Positions 24,095 through 33,313 of a stretch of DNA of 47,979 bases are shown here, piece after piece. Positions within the stretch are counted from its first letter, which is position 1, and each line of letters begins with the position of its first letter. The notes below the pieces were generated by a model. It was not told where the DNA came from and made no database searches. It was given only the letters and a program-made list of their open reading frames with translations. The stretch spans positions 1-47,979 of the forward strand of contig MU005999.1 of NCBI GenBank assembly GCA_010093745.1. The letters run 5' to 3'. The stretch comes from Piedraia hortae CBS 480.64. Taxonomy: Eukaryota. The translations under genes were made by a program, and so were the position numbers.

Positions 24095-25471
24095 TCATGC
24101 AGTTCCATAACCCCTTCCTTCGCTGGGAATCAGCGTTTCTCTAGCCTCTTCAGCCTCTTCTTCCAGTAGCTCTCTAGCCGCTTCATTCCTAGTTCGCCAC
24201 GAGTACAGCGTTAACGCCGTCCCGATCGTGAAACCCACAACCATTAATGCAACGTTGACCGGCAACGGATTGTTCCGGAAAACCTCGTGCGTCACTTTGT
24301 CAAGTCCAGCCTGGCCAAGGTTGCATATGCCTGCAATGGCAATGATGAGGCCATAGACCGTCCCAAAAGTCTTGAATCCAAAAACCTTCGCCGCGTAATC
24401 TGAAACGACAGTGTAAAAGAACGGGCGGAAGACGACGAATAAGGTAATGTTCGCATATGACGCCCAAACTTGGGGTATGATGCCCAGACCGCCGATGAGT
24501 GTCGCCAAAGTAGTCATCAACCCGAGGATGAATGGCATCGAAGTCCGGTCGAGGACGAGGCCGATGAGAGGGATTGAAAAGACACCACCCAAGGGTAAGG
24601 CAACGTCGAAGAAGCCGTTCAAGCGAGCCGCCTGCTCAGGTGAAGCCAGCATATAAGTGTATTGCATTCTGATTGTGGCGACAAAATAGTTGATCCTCAT
24701 CATCTGGACGACGGTGAACAGCGTAATGAGCGCGAACCAGGGCGTGAGGATCTGCTGTACAGCTGTTCTTCCCTTTAGTGCTGCAGGTTTGGCAGCCATA
24801 CCTCCGCCCCTCTCCGCAACAAGCTTGTAAGACTTCTTAGGCATGACCGTCAGCTGGGCGATGAGGATAAACGCCGGTACAGCAAGGTAAACGAGGAAGA
24901 ACCTGCTCGGCGTGAACCCGCCATCAGTATGCTGGTAAACCAAGCGATACACCAAAAACACTGATGAGCTCGCATCAAACGCTCCAGTGAGGAGTGCGAG
25001 AATCAGCCCCGTCCTGTCCGGAAAGGTGTTAGAAAGCTGGAAGCTGGCGATGAAGACAAACGGCCCACCCAGAGCCAGTAGCCAGAATCCCAACAGAACC
25101 CCATCAACCGGAGCCTTATCAGCCGTTGCAAGGCATAGCGCCCCCAGCGCGAGGAGAGCAGCGCCAATACAGCTCGAAATCCTCGGTCCAAACCTATCCA
25201 GCACAGACCCCACCGGCAGAGCGCAGATATTTGTGCTCACAGCCGCAACTGTGAACATGAGGTTCAATCTCAGGTCCTGGGCGTGGCATACCCAGACCCC
25301 CTTGCGCACCTCGTCTGGAGTACATAGCTCGTGGTAAATACCTTCGGACACGAACACAGGTTTCAGAGCCGCAAAGCCGAAGACTGTCCCCGCTGAGAGG
25401 AGGCAGTAGATCACTGCCAAGGTGACCTGAAGAGCACGCCGAGCTGGGGAGGGGGTGGGGGTTAAATCCAT
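24095..25471 (-). CDS. FMP42: MFS transporter, Fmp42/LAT3 (SLC43)-like
   Basis: About 12 hydrophobic helices; AGTVFGFAALKPV, PVGSVLDRFGPR, LTGAFDASS, QMMRINYFVATI and KVFGFKTFGTVYG. ATG at 25471 is preferred to the upstream ORF start. Confidence 0.85.
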   Translation of the reverse strand: MDLTPTPSPARRALQVTLAVIYCLLSAGTVFGFAALKPVFVSEGIYHELCTPDEVRKGVWVCHAQDLRLNLMFTVAAVSTNICALPVGSVLDRFGPRISSCIGAALLALGALCLATADKAPVDGVLLGFWLLALGGPFVFIASFQLSNTFPDRTGLILALLTGAFDASSSVFLVYRLVYQHTDGGFTPSRFFLVYLAVPAFILIAQLTVMPKKSYKLVAERGGGMAAKPAALKGRTAVQQILTPWFALITLFTVVQMMRINYFVATIRMQYTYMLASPEQAARLNGFFDVALPLGGVFSIPLIGLVLDRTSMPFILGLMTTLATLIGGLGIIPQVWASYANITLFVVFRPFFYTVVSDYAAKVFGFKTFGTVYGLIIAIAGICNLGQAGLDKVTHEVFRNNPLPVNVALMVVGFTIGTALTLYSWRTRNEAARELLEEEAEEARETLIPSEGRGYGTA

Positions 25472-25809
25472 GAGTCGGAGGTTGGAGGAAAAGATTTTTT
25501 TGTTGGGGGCTAGTAGTCTAGCGGGCTTGACGGATATTCGTGTTTTGCACGAGGTTAATTTCCGATGCTCACACATCTGTGTATTCCTTCCTTGATAGAC
25601 GGATCAGACTACAGGTACAAGAATGGATGGATCTATCGTACATGTACATATATATCCTAAACTAAGACTCGCCGAACCGATGATCCTTGGCATGCCAATT
25701 GACCTCAAGGTCCTCAATATCTATTTACAACATGCTTGAGTGCTCGTGATGTTCCATGGATTAATATGTACTGTAATTTCGAATACCTCATTCGACGAGA
25801 TGTCTTCTG

Positions 25810-27156
25810 TTATGCCATTCGTCGGCTCTGGCTCTCGGGGCTGGCAACCGGCATAAGCTGTACATCATTTGCCGCTCGATTACGGGAAGGCGAGTAAGCC
25901 GGGGGAGCATCTGCAGTCTGCGAGTAGACATATGCAGTCGGTGGCATGCCAACAGGCGGCTTTGGCTTGCGAAAACGGCCAACGAAGAAACGCAAGAGTG
26001 CGAAGCACAGCACGACAACCAGGAAGAAGAAGAAGAAGGGCAACGAAAGTCGTGCGTTTCCGGCAAACATGAATCCCACCGGTACGTTGATGATGCCAAT
26101 GGCGATTACGCTTGGTCCAAGGAAGTGATGGATTCTTCCCATTGGGGTGCCTCGGTGCTGTTTTTTGTAGATGCGGTGATGGATTATTCCCAGTCCGAGT
26201 TGTGCAAATAGGGCAATCAACACCAAAATGCCAATTACTTGGTGTGGTGAGCGGAAGTGTTTACTCTTGTTGTACTGGACAGAGACGACGCTGCCTCCGG
26301 CCAAGGCCATGCACACCATGACAAGGCCGAGCACCTGAACCGCCATATGGCTTCGTACGCTGTTTAGAAAGCGCAAGGCAAATGCCCCCAACGGGAATAT
26401 TACGACGAAGCTGACACACATGACAAACCCATGAATTATGGGGGCGGGATCAATCTGGAGTTTGCTGCCCGTGCTGGTGGCGCCAGACGTGATGTAGGAA
26501 GTGTTGTCTGGGCCATTGGGACGTGGCACTTGAGCATCTTCGGACACCGTAGCTTGTTTCATGTCCATGGTGAAGTGGCCATGAATGTAATGTCGTCGGA
26601 GGTTGGCTGATAACGAGTCTGACTGGATGAAGTTGCCGCCATGCATGGAATAGCCGGGGCCCAAGGCAAATATGAAGGGCTGGGCCGAGTTGGTCAGGTC
26701 CAACGTCTGGCGCTTTCCACCCACCGTCCAGGATGTCGCATCATGACAGACGGCGTCAACCGACATTATACCATCAGCCCCAAGCCCAAGCGAAACGGAA
26801 TTGTTGCCTTGTAAATCGTTGGCCGAGACCAGCTCACAACTTACTTGCTTGTAATGGAACGGCTCGCTTTGCCCCGTAGCCACTCGAGGGCTAAGTATCA
26901 TGCTCGTGCCGCCGGAGCCCGTGTATGCGACGAAGAAGAAGCTATGCGCCATCTTTTCGCCAATGCCAACACCCATCCAGCTATTGCTAGCGGGGCCAGC
27001 CATGTGGATGTACAGATCTTTCTTTGCCTCATCTACCGTGAGCGCGAAGACGAAGGGCTGTATGGCGGGCAAGTCATCGAAGACGAAAACGGCGCTGCTG
27101 GAGCTGGCGACACTGGCCAAGGCAACAACCAGTGAGAGCACCAAGAAGAGCGCCAT
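25810..27156 (-). CDS. Signal peptide + DOMON/CDH-type cytochrome domain + cytochrome b561 transmembrane protein (putative trans-membrane reductase)
   Basis: Signal peptide; SWMGVGIGEKM and SPR motifs and HGHFTMDM of the DOMON-like domain; TM part with conserved His residues (IIHGFVM, SHMAVQ, PHQVIG, IHHFLG). Confidence 0.85.
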   Translation of the reverse strand: MALFLVLSLVVALASVASSSSAVFVFDDLPAIQPFVFALTVDEAKKDLYIHMAGPASNSWMGVGIGEKMAHSFFFVAYTGSGGTSMILSPRVATGQSEPFHYKQVSCELVSANDLQGNNSVSLGLGADGIMSVDAVCHDATSWTVGGKRQTLDLTNSAQPFIFALGPGYSMHGGNFIQSDSLSANLRRHYIHGHFTMDMKQATVSEDAQVPRPNGPDNTSYITSGATSTGSKLQIDPAPIIHGFVMCVSFVVIFPLGAFALRFLNSVRSHMAVQVLGLVMVCMALAGGSVVSVQYNKSKHFRSPHQVIGILVLIALFAQLGLGIIHHRIYKKQHRGTPMGRIHHFLGPSVIAIGIINVPVGFMFAGNARLSLPFFFFFLVVVLCFALLRFFVGRFRKPKPPVGMPPTAYVYSQTADAPPAYSPSRNRAANDVQLMPVASPESQSRRMA

Positions 27157-27521
27157 GGGAATGTTGAACTAACGCGCCTCTTATGGAAACTGGCCGTCTC
27201 AAGCCTTCTTACAGCTAACCCATAAACGTTTAAGTCTTGACGTTCTCCTTTCCATGGCATCGTCCGAGGCCATCAACTCCTTTTCCATCGGAAAGACAAA
27301 GTCTCTCTAAAAATAGGTAGATACAACGGCCATCTGAAAGGTGCCGTTTGCACAAGATCGAGCTTGGTGGTTATGCTCATGCAGCCCACGAGTGTTGCAA
27401 TGTCAGGTTGTCTGTTAACTGATCCCGGTAGACACATTCAACCCCATTTGGACATTGACACCTGCTCAATCAACGCCACGGTGAATGATGTGCAAGTTGT
27501 GCAGTTGTTAGCATGCACAGG

Positions 27522-28859
27522 CTAGGTGATTTGGTGGGCTTGGCCCTCATCGTCTTCAACTGGCATGGGATCGATGAGACTCATACTCATACGTTTCTCA
27601 TTCACATTGCCATCTTCGTCCTCAGATTCTTCTACTGTCGTCTGCAAAACATCACCGTTCCAAGGTTTGCACTCCTTGATGAGCTCTCCACAACGGAGAC
27701 ATATCCAACCCTCGCCGGCCTCGGCTTCGATTTGCTGGGCTAGGCAGACATAGCAGTAGATGCACCCGCATGGAATAGCCTCATACGGGTTGGTGATATC
27801 TGTAAACGCATTGCCAATGATGCCGGCATTTGCACCAGCGCTGATGACATCCTGCTCTGACTTTGTACCTTCAGCGTTCTGCTCGTGATAGCAAATTGCA
27901 CACGTTGTCTCTGGTAGGAAGGCCAGCTCACCGCGCACTTGATCATCGTCTTTTTCCCTTGTCTCACCGGCGCGAAGAAGTTGAAACGATCTTTTGGTCT
28001 TCTTCCATGCTCTGGCGATCCAGCGTTTCCACCTACTAATGCCAACAAGGGGAAGTAAAAACAGCAAAAACTCGGTAAAGGCATGCCATACGAGTTGACG
28101 GTTGAGATATTCGAAACTGACTTCTCTGCTCGTCTGGTTGGACGATGGCACAAGTCGCATTCGGAGCAGTCGATCAGTGAGGCTGCGGTATTTTCCGTTG
28201 TACAGAAACACCAGAAATGAAGCCAGGGCCGCAACATCATGGGTCGCGCTGCACATTGTGGTGATTCGGCTCAATAACCTCGTTCTGGGTAAAGAATCAT
28301 CGTACCCGTTCTCCTGGTTGCTGAGATATTCCTCCCATGTGGTCCACGCATATCTTCCCCCAACGGTCAAGACTCCGTATGCAATCTTCTGCCACCGAGA
28401 GGGACTGGTCCGCGCCGCCAAATTCGCTTCTCGCGCGTCCATGTATTGTAGACCCTGCAGCGATGCCCCGTAGCTGGCTGAATGGTCCCATATGCTAAGT
28501 TTCCAGAGAATTGCACGCAAAATGACACCAATTTCAGCCGCATATTCGCTCTTTAAGTGTTGGCCAAAGAGGCTCAGGCCTTCTCCAACTTGTTTGGACA
28601 ACAACTCGAGCAACTCTTCGTCCAGCAGCTCCGCATCCACTTGTCCGACTCGGAAAGCCGGCCTTGAGCCATTAGATCTGGATAGGAAGTCGTAAAACTG
28701 TATCGCATGCTGGGAAAGGCTATGGATCGAGAGCGGAATGTTCAGTTGGTTGATAATTTGTTGCTGTCGAATCGCCGTTTCCGACGCTTCGGCCGCTTCA
28801 CGCGCCTGTCTCCTGGCCAAAATATGCTTTTGTGCCGCCGCGAAGTCAGCCTCTGACAT
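27522..28859 (-). CDS. PEX2: Peroxin Pex2 (RING E3 ligase of peroxisomal import)
   Basis: FRVGQVDAELLDEELL, SYGASLQGL, REVSFEYLNRQLVWHAFTEFLLF, and a split RING: CAIC...PCGCIYCYVC...CLRC. Confidence 0.93.
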   Translation of the reverse strand: MSEADFAAAQKHILARRQAREAAEASETAIRQQQIINQLNIPLSIHSLSQHAIQFYDFLSRSNGSRPAFRVGQVDAELLDEELLELLSKQVGEGLSLFGQHLKSEYAAEIGVILRAILWKLSIWDHSASYGASLQGLQYMDAREANLAARTSPSRWQKIAYGVLTVGGRYAWTTWEEYLSNQENGYDDSLPRTRLLSRITTMCSATHDVAALASFLVFLYNGKYRSLTDRLLRMRLVPSSNQTSREVSFEYLNRQLVWHAFTEFLLFLLPLVGISRWKRWIARAWKKTKRSFQLLRAGETREKDDDQVRGELAFLPETTCAICYHEQNAEGTKSEQDVISAGANAGIIGNAFTDITNPYEAIPCGCIYCYVCLAQQIEAEAGEGWICLRCGELIKECKPWNGDVLQTTVEESEDEDGNVNEKRMSMSLIDPMPVEDDEGQAHQIT

Positions 28860-28987
28860 GCTCAAGACGAATGCGATCCAAATTTCACCTGGCCGTCGCG
28901 TTCGCAGGCCAAAGCCGAGGTTCACTAAAGCCGCGGCTAAACCTGAAGAGGAAGTTGCACACACTCCGATTCATACACTGCTAATTA

Positions 28988-29813
28988 TCATGATACCTTG
29001 GCGTCTAAAACCCTTTTACCATGCACCTTTATGATCTCATTCAACAGCCTTCGTATTTGAGTGCATCCATTGAGGCAAACGCTCATCATTGCGTCGAGCC
29101 TGTTTAGCTGAATTCTGGTCTCCATAACCAGAGTATTGATCGATTCAGATGCACCTCCACCTGTTGCCATAGTCAGAAACGGCAGTTCTTGTTCCTCGAG
29201 GTTGTTGAGGTCGAGTAGAGGGTCCGCTTCTTCCTCCCGGTCGGCATAAGCCGCCGTGGACCCCGTTGTGCAAGCGGCTACGATGTCAGTTGTTGGAATA
29301 CCGGCATCAATCAGAGCCAGTGAAGCGGCGTTGATGCATGTTGCCAGCAATGACCCGTCCTGAGATAGGACATGAAGAGCAATTGTGATGGTGCTGTGGG
29401 GGTAAAGATGCAAGAACAAAGTTTTACTGAATGCAGACGATATCGTGTGCGCCATCTCTGTTATTCTCCTAGAAGAAAAAAAATAAAAAATAAGATCACA
29501 CTGCTCGCGGTTTGTTGAAAACATACTTGTCATTTTTGATGCTCTTCTTCCGGTCCGTGCCGCTAAATGCAGGCAGGTCCAATTCAACCTCTAATCGTGC
29601 TTCAGAGCTTGGATCACGACCACCTGATCTTCGAAGTTCTCTAGGCCCGTTTATTGTACAGAGCACAATGGTATTGCCCATTGAAAATAGACAACTTCCA
29701 TCTGCTACAGGTTGGGTCCCCAGCTGTCCGTTTGTTTGTCGCAGCTCATTCCAGCGTCGGCCGTCCACCCGAAGGTGTCCGAGTGGGTAAGAGGATGAAT
29801 CCAGGCCTGGCAT
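28988..29813 (-). CDS. RRP41: Exosome core subunit Rrp41/Ski6 (RNase PH family); exons 29813-29527, 29468-28988
   Basis: LRVDGRRWNELR, ADGS...GNTIVLC...GPRE and HVLSQDGSLLATCINAASLALIDAGIP. Intron 29526-29469 (GTATGT...CTAG, 58 nt, phase 2). Confidence 0.92.
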
Positions 29814-29980
29814 TATTGCAGAAGTTTGCAACAAGGCATCAAAGTGCGCACCAATATGCGGCCTAAAACAGACTAGCTAGGTACGGGCCGCGCCGTGACA
29901 GCGAACCGTCGCATCCTCAAATCATCGCAGTCATCTCTTGCCTATGTTGGTGGGTAGCATCTAATCGACAGTCAATACAC

Positions 29981-32701
29981 ATGAGCGATAGTGAAGACAC
30001 AATCGACTCTGATGAACTTGATAGAGTTCCCAGATATGGTAAACTTCGTACCAGGCCAATACGCAGTTCACGTTCAATTACACCTGTCATTACCTTGGAT
30101 GCAACAAGAGACAGTATAGGCAAGACAGGAACAAACACGGGAAAGACGAAAGCCAGCACGGGAAAGACAAAAACTAGTACAGAGAAGATGCGATTGATCT
30201 TTGACAACGATAAAGATCATAGCGCAGCCTACGCGCAATCCAAAAAACGTAGAAAGATAACTGCCAAGAGCTCTAAATCGAAGAACAAGGACAGTATCCC
30301 TCAAGAAGCTGCTCGGACCATCGGTCACAGGAAGTTGGATACTCTCTATCCACCCAATATTGACAATATTGATTTCACAGATGATGAGCGACTAGGAGAA
30401 CTTCGCGAGAGGCCGCAGTTTATCAATGTAGTACTACAACGAGAGTATGCCGATGTAGAGCTTCCGAATTCAGGCGGTGTTATTCCTGCGCCCATAGCAT
30501 GTTACCTTCGTCCGTACCAAATCGAAGGCGCGAGTTTTCTACACAGACTGTTCGTCTTACAGGAAGGAGGCATTCTGGGTGATGACATGGGTCTGGGTAA
30601 AACTGTCCAAGTCATTGCCTTTCTTACAGCCGCGTTTGGAAAGACGGGCGATGAGCGGGACAATAAGCGCATGCGCAAGATACGTAGATTTGAAGACGGC
30701 CGATGGTATCCTCGCGTTCTCATAATAGTGCCTGGTGGATTGATGATCAATTGGCAACAGGAGCTCGAGCGCTGGGGTTGGTGGCATGTCTATTCCTTTC
30801 ACGGAACCATGGCAGCAAAGCAGGAGGCTTTAGCAGCGGCGAAGCATGGAAGGCTTGAAATCATGATCACAACGTATAAGACGTATTATCTAAACTGTGG
30901 TGCCATCAACGAGATTCGTTGGGATTGCGTGGTCGCAGATGAAGTACATCAACTCAAGGAAAACAGCACAGAGGTGACAAAAGCCATGAGCAATTTGAAT
31001 GCATCTTGCCGTATCGGGCTGAGCGGCACTGCAATTCAAAACAAGTATGAAGAACTTTGGACGTTGTTAAACTGGACAAATCCCGGGCGGTTCGGTACAC
31101 TGAGCAAATGGAAGCAGTGCATCTCAACACCTCTCAAGCTTGGACAAAGTCACGAGGCTTCATACGCACAGCTTGCCGCAGCACGCCGTACTGCCGAAAA
31201 ATTGGTACATAATCTCCTTCCACGCTTTTTCCTTCGCCGAACTAAAGCCCTCATCTCTGACCAGCTGCCCAAGAAATCCGACCGCATCGTATTCTGTCCT
31301 CTGTCCGAAATTCAAACCGAAGCCTACAACAACTTTTGCGACTCTGAAATCGTACATGCGATAAGACATTCGTCCCAACCTTGCTCTTGCGGTAGTGGAA
31401 AAAAGGAAGGCTGGTGCTGCAATGCCGAACTCGAGAATTACGGCAAGTGGCAGCACTATGTTTTCCCATGTCTCATGACGCTTCAAAAGCTGGCAAATCA
31501 CGTTGCCATGCTCGTTCCATCTGGGGAGGCAGATGAGTCTCATGAAAAGGAACTGGAGATGCTCAAAGAAGCATTACCAGATCGGTGGAAAGCATTATAC
31601 CAGGAACGAGACAACATCATCAACTTTGCGAACCATCAATTTTGCGGAAAGTGGCGAGTATTGAAGCAGCTCCTAAAACTATGGGACAACAACGGCGATA
31701 AAGCTCTAATATTCAGCCATAGCGTGCGGCTGCTGAAGATACTTAGGGCATTATTCATGGCCACAACCACATATAGCGTCAGCTACCTAGACGGCAGCAT
31801 GAGCTATGGCGAACGCCAGTCTGTCGTCGACGACTACAACACGAACCCCTCCCGATTGTTCTTCCTCATCTCCACCAAAGCCGGCGGCGTGGGTCTAAAC
31901 ATCACATCAGCCAACAAAGTTGTCATCGTCGATCCCAACTGGAACCCCTCCCACGACCTCCAAGCCCAAGATCGAGCCTACCGCATCGGCCAAGTCCGCA
32001 ACGTGGACGTATTCCGACTAGTCAGCAAAGGCACCGTCGAGGAACTCGTCTACGCCCGCCAAGTATACAAACAAGCACAAGCCAACATCGGCTACACCGC
32101 CTCCGTCGAGCGAAGGTACTTTCGCGGCGTGCAGGACCATAAGGCGATGCAAGGGGAACTTTTCGGCCTCGCGAACTTGTTCGCCCTAGTGAATGAGAAC
32201 GTTGTCTTACGGGATATCATCAATAAAACAAACGTTGCCGAGTCACGGGCAGGAGTGGAAATTGCAAGCCTCGATCCCGTCGAGGACGATGAACGCGATA
32301 CCTCCATCTCGCAGTTAGCAGAGGATATCAGCGACGATAGTCAGCCTCAGGAGGGGGCAAGCTCCGCAACGAACATTGACCCCGTCTCGGCGATTCTAGC
32401 TACCATTGGGGTGGAGTATACGCATGAAAATGCAGAGGTGATTGGGACTTCGAAGATTGAGACGGAGATCTCAGCGAGAGCGCAAAAGACTGAGAAGGAG
32501 GTCAGGGCTTTTGGGGAGGAAGCTGGGAGGTTCAAGTATCAGCCCCCTGTCGAGGTGAGGCATAGGCAGTTTTGTTCCATGGCGAGGTTGTTTGGAAAGG
32601 AACCCGTGAAGTTTGCGCTTGTGGTTGAGGGGTGGAGTCAGAGTCAGAGGATCAAGGCGTTGGAGCAGTTTTATAGTCGCGCAAGGGAGAGGGGTTCGTG
32701 A
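29981..32701 (+). CDS. SNF2-family helicase-like ATPase, ERCC6L2/Rad26-like 2 type
   Basis: LRPYQ, ILGDDMGLGKT, DEVH, LSGTAIQN, ISTKAGGVGLN and QAQDRAYRIGQ motifs; C-terminal HENAEVIGTSKIE resembles the VIGSSK motif of ERCC6L2-type proteins. Confidence 0.9.
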   Translation: MSDSEDTIDSDELDRVPRYGKLRTRPIRSSRSITPVITLDATRDSIGKTGTNTGKTKASTGKTKTSTEKMRLIFDNDKDHSAAYAQSKKRRKITAKSSKSKNKDSIPQEAARTIGHRKLDTLYPPNIDNIDFTDDERLGELRERPQFINVVLQREYADVELPNSGGVIPAPIACYLRPYQIEGASFLHRLFVLQEGGILGDDMGLGKTVQVIAFLTAAFGKTGDERDNKRMRKIRRFEDGRWYPRVLIIVPGGLMINWQQELERWGWWHVYSFHGTMAAKQEALAAAKHGRLEIMITTYKTYYLNCGAINEIRWDCVVADEVHQLKENSTEVTKAMSNLNASCRIGLSGTAIQNKYEELWTLLNWTNPGRFGTLSKWKQCISTPLKLGQSHEASYAQLAAARRTAEKLVHNLLPRFFLRRTKALISDQLPKKSDRIVFCPLSEIQTEAYNNFCDSEIVHAIRHSSQPCSCGSGKKEGWCCNAELENYGKWQHYVFPCLMTLQKLANHVAMLVPSGEADESHEKELEMLKEALPDRWKALYQERDNIINFANHQFCGKWRVLKQLLKLWDNNGDKALIFSHSVRLLKILRALFMATTTYSVSYLDGSMSYGERQSVVDDYNTNPSRLFFLISTKAGGVGLNITSANKVVIVDPNWNPSHDLQAQDRAYRIGQVRNVDVFRLVSKGTVEELVYARQVYKQAQANIGYTASVERRYFRGVQDHKAMQGELFGLANLFALVNENVVLRDIINKTNVAESRAGVEIASLDPVEDDERDTSISQLAEDISDDSQPQEGASSATNIDPVSAILATIGVEYTHENAEVIGTSKIETEISARAQKTEKEVRAFGEEAGRFKYQPPVEVRHRQFCSMARLFGKEPVKFALVVEGWSQSQRIKALEQFYSRARERGS
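30113..30187 (+). repeat. Degenerate 21-nt coding tandem repeat (about 3.5 copies; SIGKTGT/NTGKTKA/STGKTKT/STEK)
   Basis: CACGGGAAAGAC recurs at 21-nt spacing in the helicase N-terminal region. Confidence 0.7.
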
Positions 32702-33313
32702 TTTGGAGATGTTGTACGATATATCGTGAGTCTGGAGGAACAGGAATAACGTACTTGTGTGCAATACCAGACGCTACCTGGCGAGAAATTGCCATCCATG
32801 ATAAGCCTAAAAGAGCGACGTAAAGTTTGCCATTATCGACAGCCCAACGTGTTCATGCCATGTCAACGCAATTCGCACTGACGATGATGGCACGGTCTTG
32901 ACTTACACGAGTAAACAATGACAGATTGAACGGGGATCTTTGGTGCCAAAGTGAGCAGTCTCCACTAACGATAAGCCCTATCATTTGATCGGGAGGACAG
33001 CAGGAATCTATTCACATCGCTCCTCCGATGGTATGGTGAGTTTATGTTGTCGTGAGGTAACCTTCCCCACTCTATTCTTGGTTTAGCCGCATTCACCAAG
33101 GACCATGTCACCGACCACGCATTATAGCATGAACGGAACCGTGACTCGTCCCAATGAAAACTTCCCCCTATCATAAGAGGCATGTAATCCTGGGAAGCCT
33201 CGATTTCTATCTACAGGCAAGCTCGTCTAAGACAAGAGTAAGTGCCTCAGGCATCAAGAACGGTTCCACGAAAAAGTTCAAGTTGGTAAACATCTCGAAC
33301 TCATGTCAATGAC

